A stretch of DNA of 64,000 bases from Eledone cirrhosa (Eukaryota). Location: positions 35,650,001 to 35,714,000 of the forward strand of contig OZ024751.1 in NCBI GenBank assembly GCA_964016885.1, written 5' to 3'. This document shows, piece by piece, positions 1 through 10,815 of this stretch (within the stretch, counting starts at the first letter, position 1; every line of letters begins with the position of its first letter). The notes under the pieces were generated by a model. The model was given only the letters and a program-made list of their open reading frames with translations. It was not told the origin of the DNA and did no database searches. The translations under genes and the position numbers were made by a program.

Positions 1-449
1 AAAATTGAAATGTGTGAGTGTATGTATGTTTGTGTTCAATTATGATCTGTAACTTAGCAGTTCAACAACAAAAGATCGATATAAGTAACTGGAGTCAATA
101 TGATCGACTAAATACCCCCCCCCCCCACACACACACACACCAAAGGCGGTGCTCCAGCATGGCCATCGTCTAATGACTGAAGCCATACATAAACGAATAA
201 GTAAACATTAAAAAAAAAAAACATTGGTGTGAGAAAAAGTAATACAAGGGAGATAACTTTCAAATGTCTAACTAGCCTAACTCATGGATGTTATATCTAG
301 CTGATAGAGCTATGGCCATACTGGGGCAACCTGCTAATAATTACGAATGAAACAAATAGATAAAAATGAGTAAAAAAAAAAAGCAACAAACAAAAAAATA
401 AAAATAAAAATAACGAAAGAATATACACAACTACACACAGCAAGGAACA

Positions 450-552
450 CGTAGTTAGACTGTCTGAGGAAAGAATCGCTGGACAGATTTTAGCGGCGAA
501 ACCAACCGGTGGGAGACCCAAGAGTAGACCCTGAGCAAGATGGTTGGATAAT
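450..552 (+). mobile_element. Short RTE-like LINE C-terminal remnant (related copy at about 13395-13480)
   Basis: Reads EERIAGQILAAKPTGGRPKSRP*ARWLDN. Shares GCAAGATGGTTGGATAA with the sequence near 13453. Confidence 0.55.
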
Positions 553-772
553 AAGAAGAAAAAGGGAACGCTGGTTGTTTCTAAATGTTTACTTGGAAAT
601 TTTAAGACGCTCATGGCATCGCTGCGGGTGATAACGTGGCTACGACTCTGAAATAGCCAAGCATCCCTTGATACTACCGTAAAGCGAACCATCAACAGTA
701 ACAAGATCCTTGTTGTCAGCGGCCCAGTACCACAGAGGGTGATAACAAGGCTAAAACCCCAAGTTACTAGAT

Positions 773-1831
773 GAATGAAAATATTCACAGGGACCACGGG
801 TGAATCACAAAAATAAGCCACATTTTTGAGACAGAAAAAAAAAAAATGGTTTAGACGGAGCTTCAAATGTAGAGTTTGAAAATTACAGAAAAAAAAAATT
901 ATGGAAATATACGTGGGATACCTATTTCTAATAAAAGACACTTCACCTGTTTGTTCAAATAATTTTGAAAAATAATCAATAAATTTGGAGGGGGTTTAGT
1001 AATATAACTTTCTAATTATTTAGCTGGTGATTGGAAAATAGCATTGGTTCTTTAATAAAATTGTTTCTACTTTTGGCACAAGGCCAGCAATTACCTAGTG
1101 CATTACTGGTACTTTATTTTATCGAACCCGTAACGATGAAAAGCAAAGTAAACATCGGCGGGATTTGAACTCAGGTGGTAAAGGGACATAACTCTATGCC
1201 GTAAAGCATGGCGTCCGATACCGCAAAAAAAAAAAAAAAAAAAGTTTGTCTGGTGACACGATAAAAAAAACGACCACACCTGTAAAGTGGTTAGTGCTGT
1301 TGCCACGACAAACAAGCACCCAGTCCACTCTGTAAATATATATTTGACTGTGGCCATGCTGGAGCACAGTTAGAGAGATTTAGTTGATCATATCGACTCT
1401 CCCTCCGCCCACACTACTTTTCGTTTCCAAGTCTGTACAGTAATTTTATAAGCTATCTTTTTGTGTGAAATAACTGGAAGGTTCATGGTAGAAACTGACG
1501 GAAGTCCACACCCACCACCTTTGGGACCTTGTCAATACAGCTTTTTATTTACAAACATCATTTCTAGAATTATACAAACAACATTATAGGACATCACTAA
1601 CATAAAACTTTATAGAAAAAGGAGTTTCTAGAAGAATGAAAATATTCACAGGGACCAGGGGTGAATTACAAAAATAAGCCACATTTTTGAGACAGAAAAA
1701 CAAAAAAGTTTAGGGTTTCAAATATAGTTTGAAAATACACGTGGGATACCTATTTCTACTAAAAGACACTTCACCTGTTTGTTCAAATAATTTTGAAAAA
1801 TAATCAATAATTTTGGAGGGGGGTTTAGTAA
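773..1831. repeat. Direct repeat of about 200-230 bp (773-1002 and 1634-1831)
   Basis: Shared GAATGAAAATATTCACAGGGACCA...GTGGGATACCTATTTCTA...GGGGGTTTAGTAA. Confidence 0.9.
1060..1222 (-). mobile_element. tRNA-derived SINE (family A), minus strand
   Basis: Reverse complement of the 2855-3015 copy, with B-box-like GAGTTCAAATCCC and tail GGCCTTGTGCCAAAAGTAGAAAC. Confidence 0.8.
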
Positions 1832-2474
1832 ACACGTGTTGCATCATAGAACCAGGAACACATGTGCTTTGGTATTAAAGGCTTTAAAAAAAATACTTAT
1901 TTAAAATGAATATATAACATTTGTACAATAAAGTTGAGAACAATTTTAAAAAAATAGAAAATTTAGATTGAGAAGAATAAAAATGTAAAATGTTCTTTCG
2001 AATTATTAATATCTTTGATAAATAAAAGACATTATCAATAAACGTAAACAGATATCTTTCATTGAAGTTATAAAAACAAACTTAATTTAAAAAAGAAAAA
2101 AAATCTTGTCATGAACGACTGAAAATAGAAAGAATTAGCGGCATTGCTAAATAATAACTGGAAGAATATAATGATATATTAAACAAATAATCTAAAATAA
2201 GACATACTTTCAAGGAATGAAAGAGAATATAAACACGCTGTTGTGATGTTTTGGTGACGAAAGTTTTAAAAACACCGCGAAAATGTAAATATATACAATC
2301 GAGTCCGGACTAAGTAAAACTATTCCATAATATTATTATTTTGAGTCTTTCAATGATTAATAATCGCTTTATTATCGTTTAGAATTTTCCCGATTTTAGA
2401 ATTATTCCAGTTTATCATTTTTCCGAACTTACAAGGAAAAAATACGTATATACGTATTTACATATTTAGAGGTA

Positions 2475-2612
2475 ATATCACGTGAGCACAATCACGTGAC
2501 AAATCACATTATTCTTTCAAAAGGAAAAGTTTGGCGCCATTTTTCTCCACTCAATATAGCAAGTGTCAACAAACGCAATAGCAGAAGACAGTAAAAGCAA
2601 AAGATGGTAGGT
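2475..2612 (+). promoter_or_regulatory. Promoter-like cluster with possible first exon
   Basis: Twin ATCACGTGA E-boxes at 2477-2500, a YY1-like GCGCCATTTT near 2534, and ATG at 2604 followed by overlapping donors GTAGGT/GTAATA. Confidence 0.35.
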
Positions 2613-2854
2613 AATATCAAATAATTTTTAAAAAGTGTTGAAGGATGAGTTATGTATATGTTACAGGAGTCGCATTACACGAATAATTAAGTTTCATATA
2701 TACATATATATATGTATGTATATATATACATATATATATATGTATATATATATATTGTATGTATGTATATATATATGTATGTGTATATATATATTTTTTC
2801 TTCCTCTCCCTCAATTATAAGTACACATGTAACAATTGTCTATTATATATATAA

Positions 2855-3015
2855 CGTCAGACACCATGCTTTGCAGCATAGGGTTATGGCCTTTTACGTT
2901 CTGAGTTCAAATCCCGCCGAGGTTGACTTTGCCTTTCATCCCTACGGGGTCGATAAAATAAAACACCAGTAATACACTGGGGAAATTGCAGGCCTTGTGC
3001 CAAAAGTAGAAACAA
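2855..3015 (+). mobile_element. tRNA-derived SINE (family A)
   Basis: CTGAGTTCAAATCCCGCCGAGGTTGACTTTGCCTTTCATCC...GTCGATAAAATAAA...GGCCTTGTGCCAAAAGTAGAAAC. Related copies near 1060, 7020, 19330, 24745, 40060, 44010, 51163 and 56455. Confidence 0.85.
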
Positions 3016-3127
3016 ATATATATACAGTTTGCATCAAAAAGAACCATCCGGTCTCAAAAGGCTATATTTTCTAAACAAACACAGCCCTCTAAAATCGGAC
3101 GATTCCTTTCACGCACCCCGTATATCC

Positions 3128-3420
3128 CTTTGGGTGGTTATGGTGTTCCGATCACGAACGTACGATCGCGAGTTTGATTTCCAGATGTGGAGGGCAAGTT
3201 ATGACCTTCAGCAAGACACTTTATTTCACGTTGCTCCAGTCTATTTAGCTTCTAAAAGAACATTATTTGCACCTGTAATTCAAAGGGACAGACAACCTTG
3301 TCACACACCGTGACATGCTGAATCTCCCTGATATGTTAGGAGTTCACGTGTCCGAATTTCACTGAGATGTTTAGGATACATATGTCTGTGTACACTAATA
3401 TCTACGTGAGACCACAATGG
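3128..3420 (+). mobile_element. tRNA-derived SINE (family B, CORE-like central domain)
   Basis: A/B-box-like head followed by CCTTCAGCAAGACACTTTATTTCACGTTGCTCCAGTC. Related copies at about 29213-29560 (+), 36022-36140 (+) and 32270-32400 (-). Confidence 0.7.
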
Positions 3421-3469
3421 CCTTGATACATTAAAAACAGGACGTGAAAACGTGTTGGTCTTTAAACAA

Positions 3470-3829
3470 GAAAAGCACACAGTGTAAATGTGCGTGAACG
3501 ACCCAGCATAAATGTGTTGAGAGATAAACTGTGTCTGAGAGGGATAGAATGTAGTGTACGGGAGAGGAGACTGAGGTGGTATGGACATGTGATGCGCATG
3601 GAGGATGACCGATGGGTGAAGAAGTGCCAGGAATTGCCAGTTGAAGGAAGACGTGGTAGAGGTAGACCACGAAAAACATGGGCGGAGGTGGTGAGAACAG
3701 ACCTCAGATCATTGAAGCTCACGGTGGAGATGACGAGGGGCCGTGACGCGTGGAGAGATACTGTGCTGAATAAGACCCGTCCTACCCTTGCAAGCAGGGA
3801 AAAGCGAACGTAAAATGATGATGATGATG

Positions 3830-3831
<2 letters not shown>
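3470..3831 (+). mobile_element. 3' end of an RTE-clade LINE
   Basis: ORF 3490-3813 reads RRLRWYGHVMRMEDDRWVKKC...EGRRGRGRPRKTW, a typical RTE ORF2 C-terminus, followed by a (GAT)n tail. Confidence 0.9.
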
Positions 3832-3864
<33 letters not shown>

Positions 3865-4057
3865 TAGCTTTTAAGCTATTTTGTAGTATCGCTGTTCAGG
3901 AACACACCACTTATATTAAATTTATCTCCTTGGAGATTTGTAAAAGTCTGAGAGATTGGCTACATATATGTTTTATTATTTTTTTTGTTTAGATGGAAGA
4001 CAAAACAAAGAAGATGAATACAAAGATGAAGAAGAGAAAGAGAAAGATGAAGAACCT

Positions 4058-4950
4058 CACCGCACCGCACCACATCACACTGCACTGCACCACATCACAT
4101 CACATAAAAACATACAACACTACACCACACCACATTACTCCACACCACTTAACACTACAACACACCACTCTTCACTACATCACACTACTCCACTCCACAT
4201 AAAAACACACCACACCACTCCTCACTACATCACACCACACTACTCCACTCCACACTACATCACACCACACTACTTCACTCCACATAAAAACACAACACAC
4301 CACTCCTCACTACATCACACCACACTACTCCACACCACATAACAACACACCACAACACACCACACCTCACTAAAACACCACACTACTCCACACCACATAA
4401 CACCATAACACAACACACCACTTCTCACTACATCACACCACTTAAAACCACACCACACTACTCCATAACACCACAACACAACACACCACACCACAACACA
4501 CCACCACATAAGAACACACCACACTACATCACACCACATAACAACACAACACACCACACCTCACTAAAACACCACACTACTCCACACCACAACACACCAC
4601 ACATCACTAAAACACCACACCACATAACACCCAAAATGTTTTCCTCATCTTTTTTTCATGTGTTATCAACTAACACAATCTCTAACACTAACCTCAACAC
4701 TAACAATAAAACTAACATTAACTTGAACATTAACACTAACCTGAAAACTAAGCTAACATTAACCTAAACACTAACGCTAACAGAGATACTAACAAATATT
4801 AACACAAAAACAAACACTAACACAATCTCTAACACTAACCTCAATACTAACACTAACATTAACTTTAACACTAAGCTAACATTAACCTGAACACTATAAT
4901 ACAAACAATAATGCTAACACTAACAGAAATACTAAGGCTAACATTAGTAT
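4058..4950. repeat. Degenerate (CACCA)n tract followed by a (CTAACA)n tract
   Basis: Pentamer-based low complexity at 4058-4632 and hexamer-based at 4665-4950. Confidence 0.85.
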
Positions 4951-4957
4951 TTCTGTT

Positions 4958-6186
4958 AACCACACCATACTTCACCATATTATGGTAAATTTATTACAGA
5001 ACACCTACTCCTACCATTTACATCACACCATGGTATGGACATCAATGTGACAAATTTGCTACCTGCTTTTTTTTTTTTTTTTGTGGTTACCACCTCAAAC
5101 TAACATCAAAGGTGCTTGCAAATGACTATTTTCCCACACATCATCAATGAATATTACATGGGAATCTATCATTTACAATTGGTTTCCATTTCATAACTTC
5201 ACCAAACCAAACCACACCATACCATGTTACACCATACTACATCACACCAAGCTATTGATCTTGGTGTGAAAAATGTTCTTCCCGTTTCATTTTTTTTTTT
5301 TTTTGTGTGTGTGCTTATCTCCCAATCTGACATTAAAGGTGCTCCCAATTTACTATTGTTTCACATATCAATAAATATGTCATGGAAACCTGTCGAAAAT
5401 GACTAACTTTGTAGAAACTTCACCAAGCTGTTGATTTTTGGTGTGACATTTTCATCTGGCTTTTTATTTATTTTTTTTTTCTTGTGCTTACCATCCAATT
5501 TGACATAAATGGTGCTCGCAAATTACTATTTTTTGCATATATTATCAATGGTTATGACATGGAAACCTGGTGAAAATGAGTAGCTTTGTAGAAAAAAGAG
5601 GGAGGATGTGGGTGGAAATACCATTTACAAAGCTAGTCACTTTTTATTGCAGCGGAAGTCATATTATTTGTTAATATACTAAAAGCCTAGTCCACTGCGA
5701 GCTTCTTGGAAGTTGATAGCACATGCAAAAATGATGGAAAAATTTTTTTTATAACATAAATCAAAGTGAAAATTTAAATCCTTACTTATAACAAAGCACA
5801 CCACACCACATTAATCTACCCCAAACCACACCATACTTCACCGTATTATGGTAAATTTATTACAGAACACCTCCTACCATTTACATCATACCATGGTATG
5901 GACATCAATGTGACAAATGTGCTACCTGCTTTTTTTTTTTTTTTTGTGGTTACCACCTCAAACTAACATCAAAGGTGCTTGCAAATGACTATTTTCCCAC
6001 ACATCATCAATGAATATTACATGGGAATCTCATTTACAATTGGTTTCCATTTCATAACTTCACCAAACCAAACCAAACCATACCAAGTTACACCAAGCTA
6101 TTGATCTTGGTGTGAAAAATTTTCTTCGCATTTCCTTTTTTTTTTTTTTTTGTGTGTGCTTACCACCCAATCTGACATTAAAGGTG
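4958..6186. repeat. Direct duplication of about 370 bp (4958-5341 and 5824-6186) with older internal sub-repeats
   Basis: Both copies run from AACCACACCATACTTCACC.TATTATGGTAAATTTATTACAGAACACCT to CTGACATTAAAGGTG. Confidence 0.9.
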
Positions 6187-6454
6187 TTCCACTCTATTTA
6201 TCTTCTTTATTAAAGGCAATCAAATTATTTTTTATTTTATTCTTTTTCTTATTTTTCCATGTTAAATAAATTCCAAAAAAATCGAACTCAATTGAAATTT
6301 TGTAATAAAATTTCCATAAAAGTTAATGTTTACAATACAATAAAATGTAATAAAATGTATTGAAGTCGACGAAATGTGGACCTTCATTTTTGAAAGATGG
6401 ATAATGCCATAAGCAGACCTTACAATATTGTACCACAATTTTCCTTTGTGCAAA

Positions 6455-6662
6455 AGTGGGCAGCCGAATTTAGGAAAGGATAGGGGATTCTTGAAGATGA
6501 CCCAATGTCTGGACGTCCTACAACTGCCACTACCGAGGAAAACATTGATCTCAGTACTGCAACACCGATGGAAGAAGTGTGTGGAACGCATGTGGAAACT
6601 ATGTTGAAAAATGGTCACATTCCATGTCAACCTATGACATTTTCAGTCAACCCTCCTCGTAT
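6455..6662 (+). mobile_element. Mariner-family remnant
   Basis: LEDDPMSGRPTTATTEENID (mariner transposase HTH linker), then a TIR-like end ...CCCTCCTCG followed by TA repeats. Confidence 0.7.
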
Positions 6663-7479
6663 ATATATATATATATATTCAAAATATTAATAAATATAGA
6701 CATTCATGTGATCAAATATATTTTATTATACATATTTCAGAGGTACTGAGCTATTTCAACAGTACGTCCTCATCAGATAAAATAAGTTGATGCCTGACAT
6801 ACCTTGATTATGTTGATGGTTATAATTTAGTCATGGCAGTCACTTTGAAACTTGTGAAACTTTATTCATTGATGAATTCATTGAACCTTGTTAAACTTTT
6901 AATCATAATTATATATATATATTTTCAACTGGTTTATTACCATATTTCTAATAAAATAAACTTTTGATTTTCAAATAATTTTGAAAATAATCAACAAATT
7001 TGAAAGGATTTAGTAATAATTGTTTCTACTTTTGGCACAAAGCCAGCAATTATTTCAGTATATTACTGGTACTTTATTTTATCGACCCTGTAAGGATGAA
7101 AGGCAAAGTTACTTTCTCATGATAATAGTGAGAGCTGGGGAGGGCAGGGGTGATGACTGGGTGTTTGGCTCCTCTGTGAACGTGTGTATTTTTACACTAT
7201 CGACCCCCTAGAACTCTTGCCTTTCCATTCCTTTATATATGTATATATACTTTCCAATAACAAAACATACCCCCATATTACAGGATAATATAGATATATT
7301 ACATTGGATTGTAGATTTGTTTACGGTCAAGAGATTCATTCAGAAATTCTGTTTCACACGCGCGCACGCACGAACTCAAACACGCGACAGCTGTATTTGG
7401 GGCATAACATTCGTCTAACCATGTAATTAGTAGATAACCTTCTCCTCCCCCTATAGGAAGTTTTTAACATGTTGCTTAC

Positions 7480-8325
7480 TTTCCTCCACCCACGCTTGCT
7501 CTCCTTTGGTGGGTGACATCCTCTCCTTCCCAACTTGGATTAGTTCCACCAGGCAGTTGGATGAAGCTTTACTACAGTGGAGAGAGCAGGGTTTGTTGGT
7601 TCCAGTTACTGATGAGGATAGACGGAAGCAGAGAGTATGGGACAACTTGCGTTTGAGAAAAACTTTCAACTCTCTCCTTGACCTTTCTGATCAATTTTCT
7701 AGGTGTTGCTGACTTTCTGCTAGCACAAAGTTCTTGGGGGACTGGATTGATACCCTGCTTGTAGCCAACATGGTGGCCTTCTCAGTTAGGACAAACTCCG
7801 CATCTCCATTGCACTTTGTGTGGGAGCGGATGTCTGTTGTGGTCCCTCTTCTCCACAGGTTTGTCCTGCCACCTGAATGCTGGTTGTTTCACCCACCACA
7901 CCGAGTTAAACCTGATCATCAAAACAGTCCCTGGCTCGGTTGTGGAACCGGCTGGTTTATCCAGAAATGATGGGAAGAGACCAGACGGCCTTACCCTTTG
8001 TCCCTGGGTGAGAGGTAGATGTCTCGTCTGGGACGTCACAGTCAGTGACTCTTTCCCCCTCCCCTACATCATAGACGCCTGTGGAGGTCGCTGCTGAAGG
8101 GAATAAAATTCGGAAATACCAGGACTTATCAAATAATTATTTTTTCCAGCCTCTGACGTTCGAGACGTTCGGTGGAGTTGGGCCGCTGACGGCGAAGTTC
8201 TTGTCATCACTGGCGGCTCACCTTGCTGAGATGTCAAGTGATGCCTGTGAGGGTGTCTGGTTATTTCAGCGCAAGATGAGGGTGTAAACTGCCGATTAAA
8301 TTGTAGCATTGTCCTTGGATTTTGG
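7480..8325 (+). mobile_element. Degenerate CRE-like non-LTR retrotransposon C-terminus with restriction-like endonuclease
   Basis: Frameshifted peptides HTELNLII...EPAGLSRNDGKRPDGLTLCPWVRGRCLVWDVTVSD and AAEGNKIRKYQDLSNNYFFQPLTFETFGGVG...LFQR match the RPD...D...K..KY...ET.G RLE signature. Confidence 0.8.
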
Positions 8326-9684
8326 ATGTTGTGAAATAAACAGACAGTATGATCTTTTTTCGCTCAAAAGACGTCATCTGAAACACCGCAATATACCACA
8401 TAACATTGTTACTGAAATGTTGCTTCGTTAGTACTGACTGTAAGTAGTATATGGATAACAGCTGGAGGGTAGATTAATTTCAAATAGTATCAATTTTTCT
8501 TTGTTCTGTAAAAACACCTTTATAAAAGCTAACGCAATATTGTTAAACCTCCCTATAGATCAAAGGATCTATAGTTTAAGCCGAATAATATTCAACACTT
8601 TAATTGTATCTCTTTCTCTCCCTCTTTAGATGCGTGTCTGTGTATAGTTTTCGTGTGATTCAACCAACAAACCAACCAATAAACATCTCTCATATAAATT
8701 GTGTAATATATATTTGATTAAATAATGTTACAAATGGGAGTGAAAATATAAACATGATATATACAAAGCATATAAATAAATTTACAGTAGAATAACATAA
8801 CATAAATATGTTTTTAAAAATCATTAATTCCTTTAATGCTGCAATATTAAAGAAAATGTAAAGGAAGCCAGATCCAGAGCAAAAGACAGCAACGTCGCGA
8901 GGAGTACTGGGCAACCTCTCTAATGATTTTTGAGGCAAGCCAGCACACACTGTTTTAAATATATACATAAATAACATTACAAATGCTTAAATAACATTAT
9001 AAATTGCTCGCGATTCTTTCAGAAGGATATATTCCTTAATATTAAAGAAAATGTAAAGGAAGGGGTGAACAACTGAGCCACCACCAGAGCAAAAGACCGC
9101 AGCGTCGCGAGATTTAAAACATTTGCAATGTTATTCTACTGTAAATTACAACCAAGGGAAATAACTCTAATATTATCATTACACTTTTCAATCTTAACAA
9201 AAAAAGTCGAAATTGTTTAATAAATATATCTAAAGAGAAATAATCTCATACTAGCTAAGTATGGCACGCTATACTAAAAAATCGTGCCTCAGTAATAATT
9301 GTATCGATCCTTTCTTGTCGAACCGCTTTGTTCCGGGACATAAACAAACAGTAAACATAAACACATGCGCACACACACATATATATATATATATATACAA
9401 TGATATTAAATAAATAGAAACTATTTATAAAACCATATTTATTCTATTATTTTTCAAGGGTACCAAAACTTTGGTACGCTTGCATCAGATAAAATACAAA
9501 GTTTAATATCATTGAATATTATACTTTAGAAAACTTGTCGAGTGTTCTGAAACAGTTATAAACATTTATATTTGTTGAATTACCAACAAATTGAATATCC
9601 CTTTTGCTTATATATATATATATAGGTCCATTACGAGCTGAGGATCCGCTAAGGTGAAACAATTGTTCTAACTGTTGTGTACCA

Positions 9685-9725
<41 letters not shown>

Positions 9726-9729
<4 letters not shown>

Positions 9730-9826
9730 GTTGTCCCACCAAAATGTATACAGACTTCAAAATCATTCTAATAAATATTGTCTGTACAGGTAATGAAAGT
9801 GTACACATTTTTGGGGACACCTTGTA
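9726..9826. mobile_element. Tc1/mariner-type MITE, about 100 bp
   Basis: Imperfect TIRs GAGGTTGTCCCACCAAAATGTATACA and TGTACACATTTTTGGGGACACCTTG, the latter followed by TA. Confidence 0.6.
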
Positions 9827-10159
9827 TATATACGACGGGCAGTTTTCCCCTACCATGTTTCACTCTCAATTAGTCAATAGAAAGTTATGACAAAAACAAA
9901 AAAAAATACTAAGCTTGCGTCATATTTATGAATTAAACAAAAAACACATCATATTTATTATATAAATAATTTAATACATATTTTTTTCTGAAATCTTTGC
10001 TTGGTACTATTCTCTAAGTCTCTCTCTTATTAGTATTAGTCATTCGAGTGTAGCCATGCAGGGGTACCGCTTACATTAACTGCGGAGATGTATTCAACTT
10101 CCTGTTAGAGATTTTAACTTTTTCTGTCAACTGAAGAAAAGAAAGAATACGATTGACCT

Positions 10160-10544
10160 GCAGTAAGGTCACTTCCTGTTTAACTAACGTTCACTTCCTC
10201 TCTTTGTGTCTGTTTCACCCGTTTTTTAGTAAGAGGAAAAGGAGACATAGTATTGAGGAGATAGTAGGGAGATAGAGAGGTAAAAGATAGATAGTATAAA
10301 CATAGAGAGATAGACAGATAGAGAAATAAAGGGACAGAGATAGTGAGACGGTGAAGAGAGAGAAAGTGACAGAGTGAGGGAGAGAGAGAGAGAGAAAGTG
10401 ACAGAGTGAGGGAGAGAAAGTGAGAGCGAGAGAGAGAAAGAGAAAGTGACAGAGTGAAAGACAGTGAGGAGGAGGGAAACAAAGATAGAGTAAGAGAGAG
10501 AGAGAGAGGGAGAGGGTGTTGTGTTTCAAGAAGCCAGAACCAAG
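10160..10544 (+). promoter_or_regulatory. Candidate MBD2/3 promoter and GA-rich 5' UTR
   Basis: Two CACTTCCT (ETS-like) motifs near 10170 and 10192, followed by a GA-rich tract up to the ATG, with no good acceptor site before the ATG. Inference only. Confidence 0.35.
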
Positions 10545-10639
10545 ATGGACTGCGTTGGATTACCTCCTGGCTGGAAACGGGAAGAAGTTGTGAGGAAATC
10601 TGGTTTATCTGCTGGAAAAACAGATGTCTATTATTATAG
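10545..10639 (+). CDS. MBD2/3: MBD2/3 coding exon 1 (N-terminal half of the methyl-CpG-binding domain)
   Basis: Manual translation from ATG 10545 gives MDCVGLPPGWKREEVVRKSGLSAGKTDVYYY(S), closely matching the MBD2b N-terminus MDCPALPPGWKKEEVIRKSGLSAGKSDVYYFS. In-frame TAA upstream at 10491. Donor AG|GTTTGA at 10640 (phase 2). This frame is not in the ORF track. Confidence 0.93.
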
Positions 10640-10781
10640 GTTTGACACAACATTTATATTGATGCATCATTATAGAATGTCCCTTACTATTTAAATACAG
10701 ATCTTTTATTATTTATTGAAAACTCCCCAGAAAAACATGTGGGGTATACTCAGCCACATATGTGTATAGCCATTTACCGTG

Positions 10782-10815
<34 letters not shown>

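Noticed and set aside
297-941. 214-aa minus-strand ORF
   Set aside because: Non-ATG start and no recognisable domain. It overlaps a LINE remnant and a local direct repeat in antisense.
10454-10639. 61-aa ORF in the track
   Set aside because: Wrong frame. The real exon is the MBD frame starting at ATG 10545.
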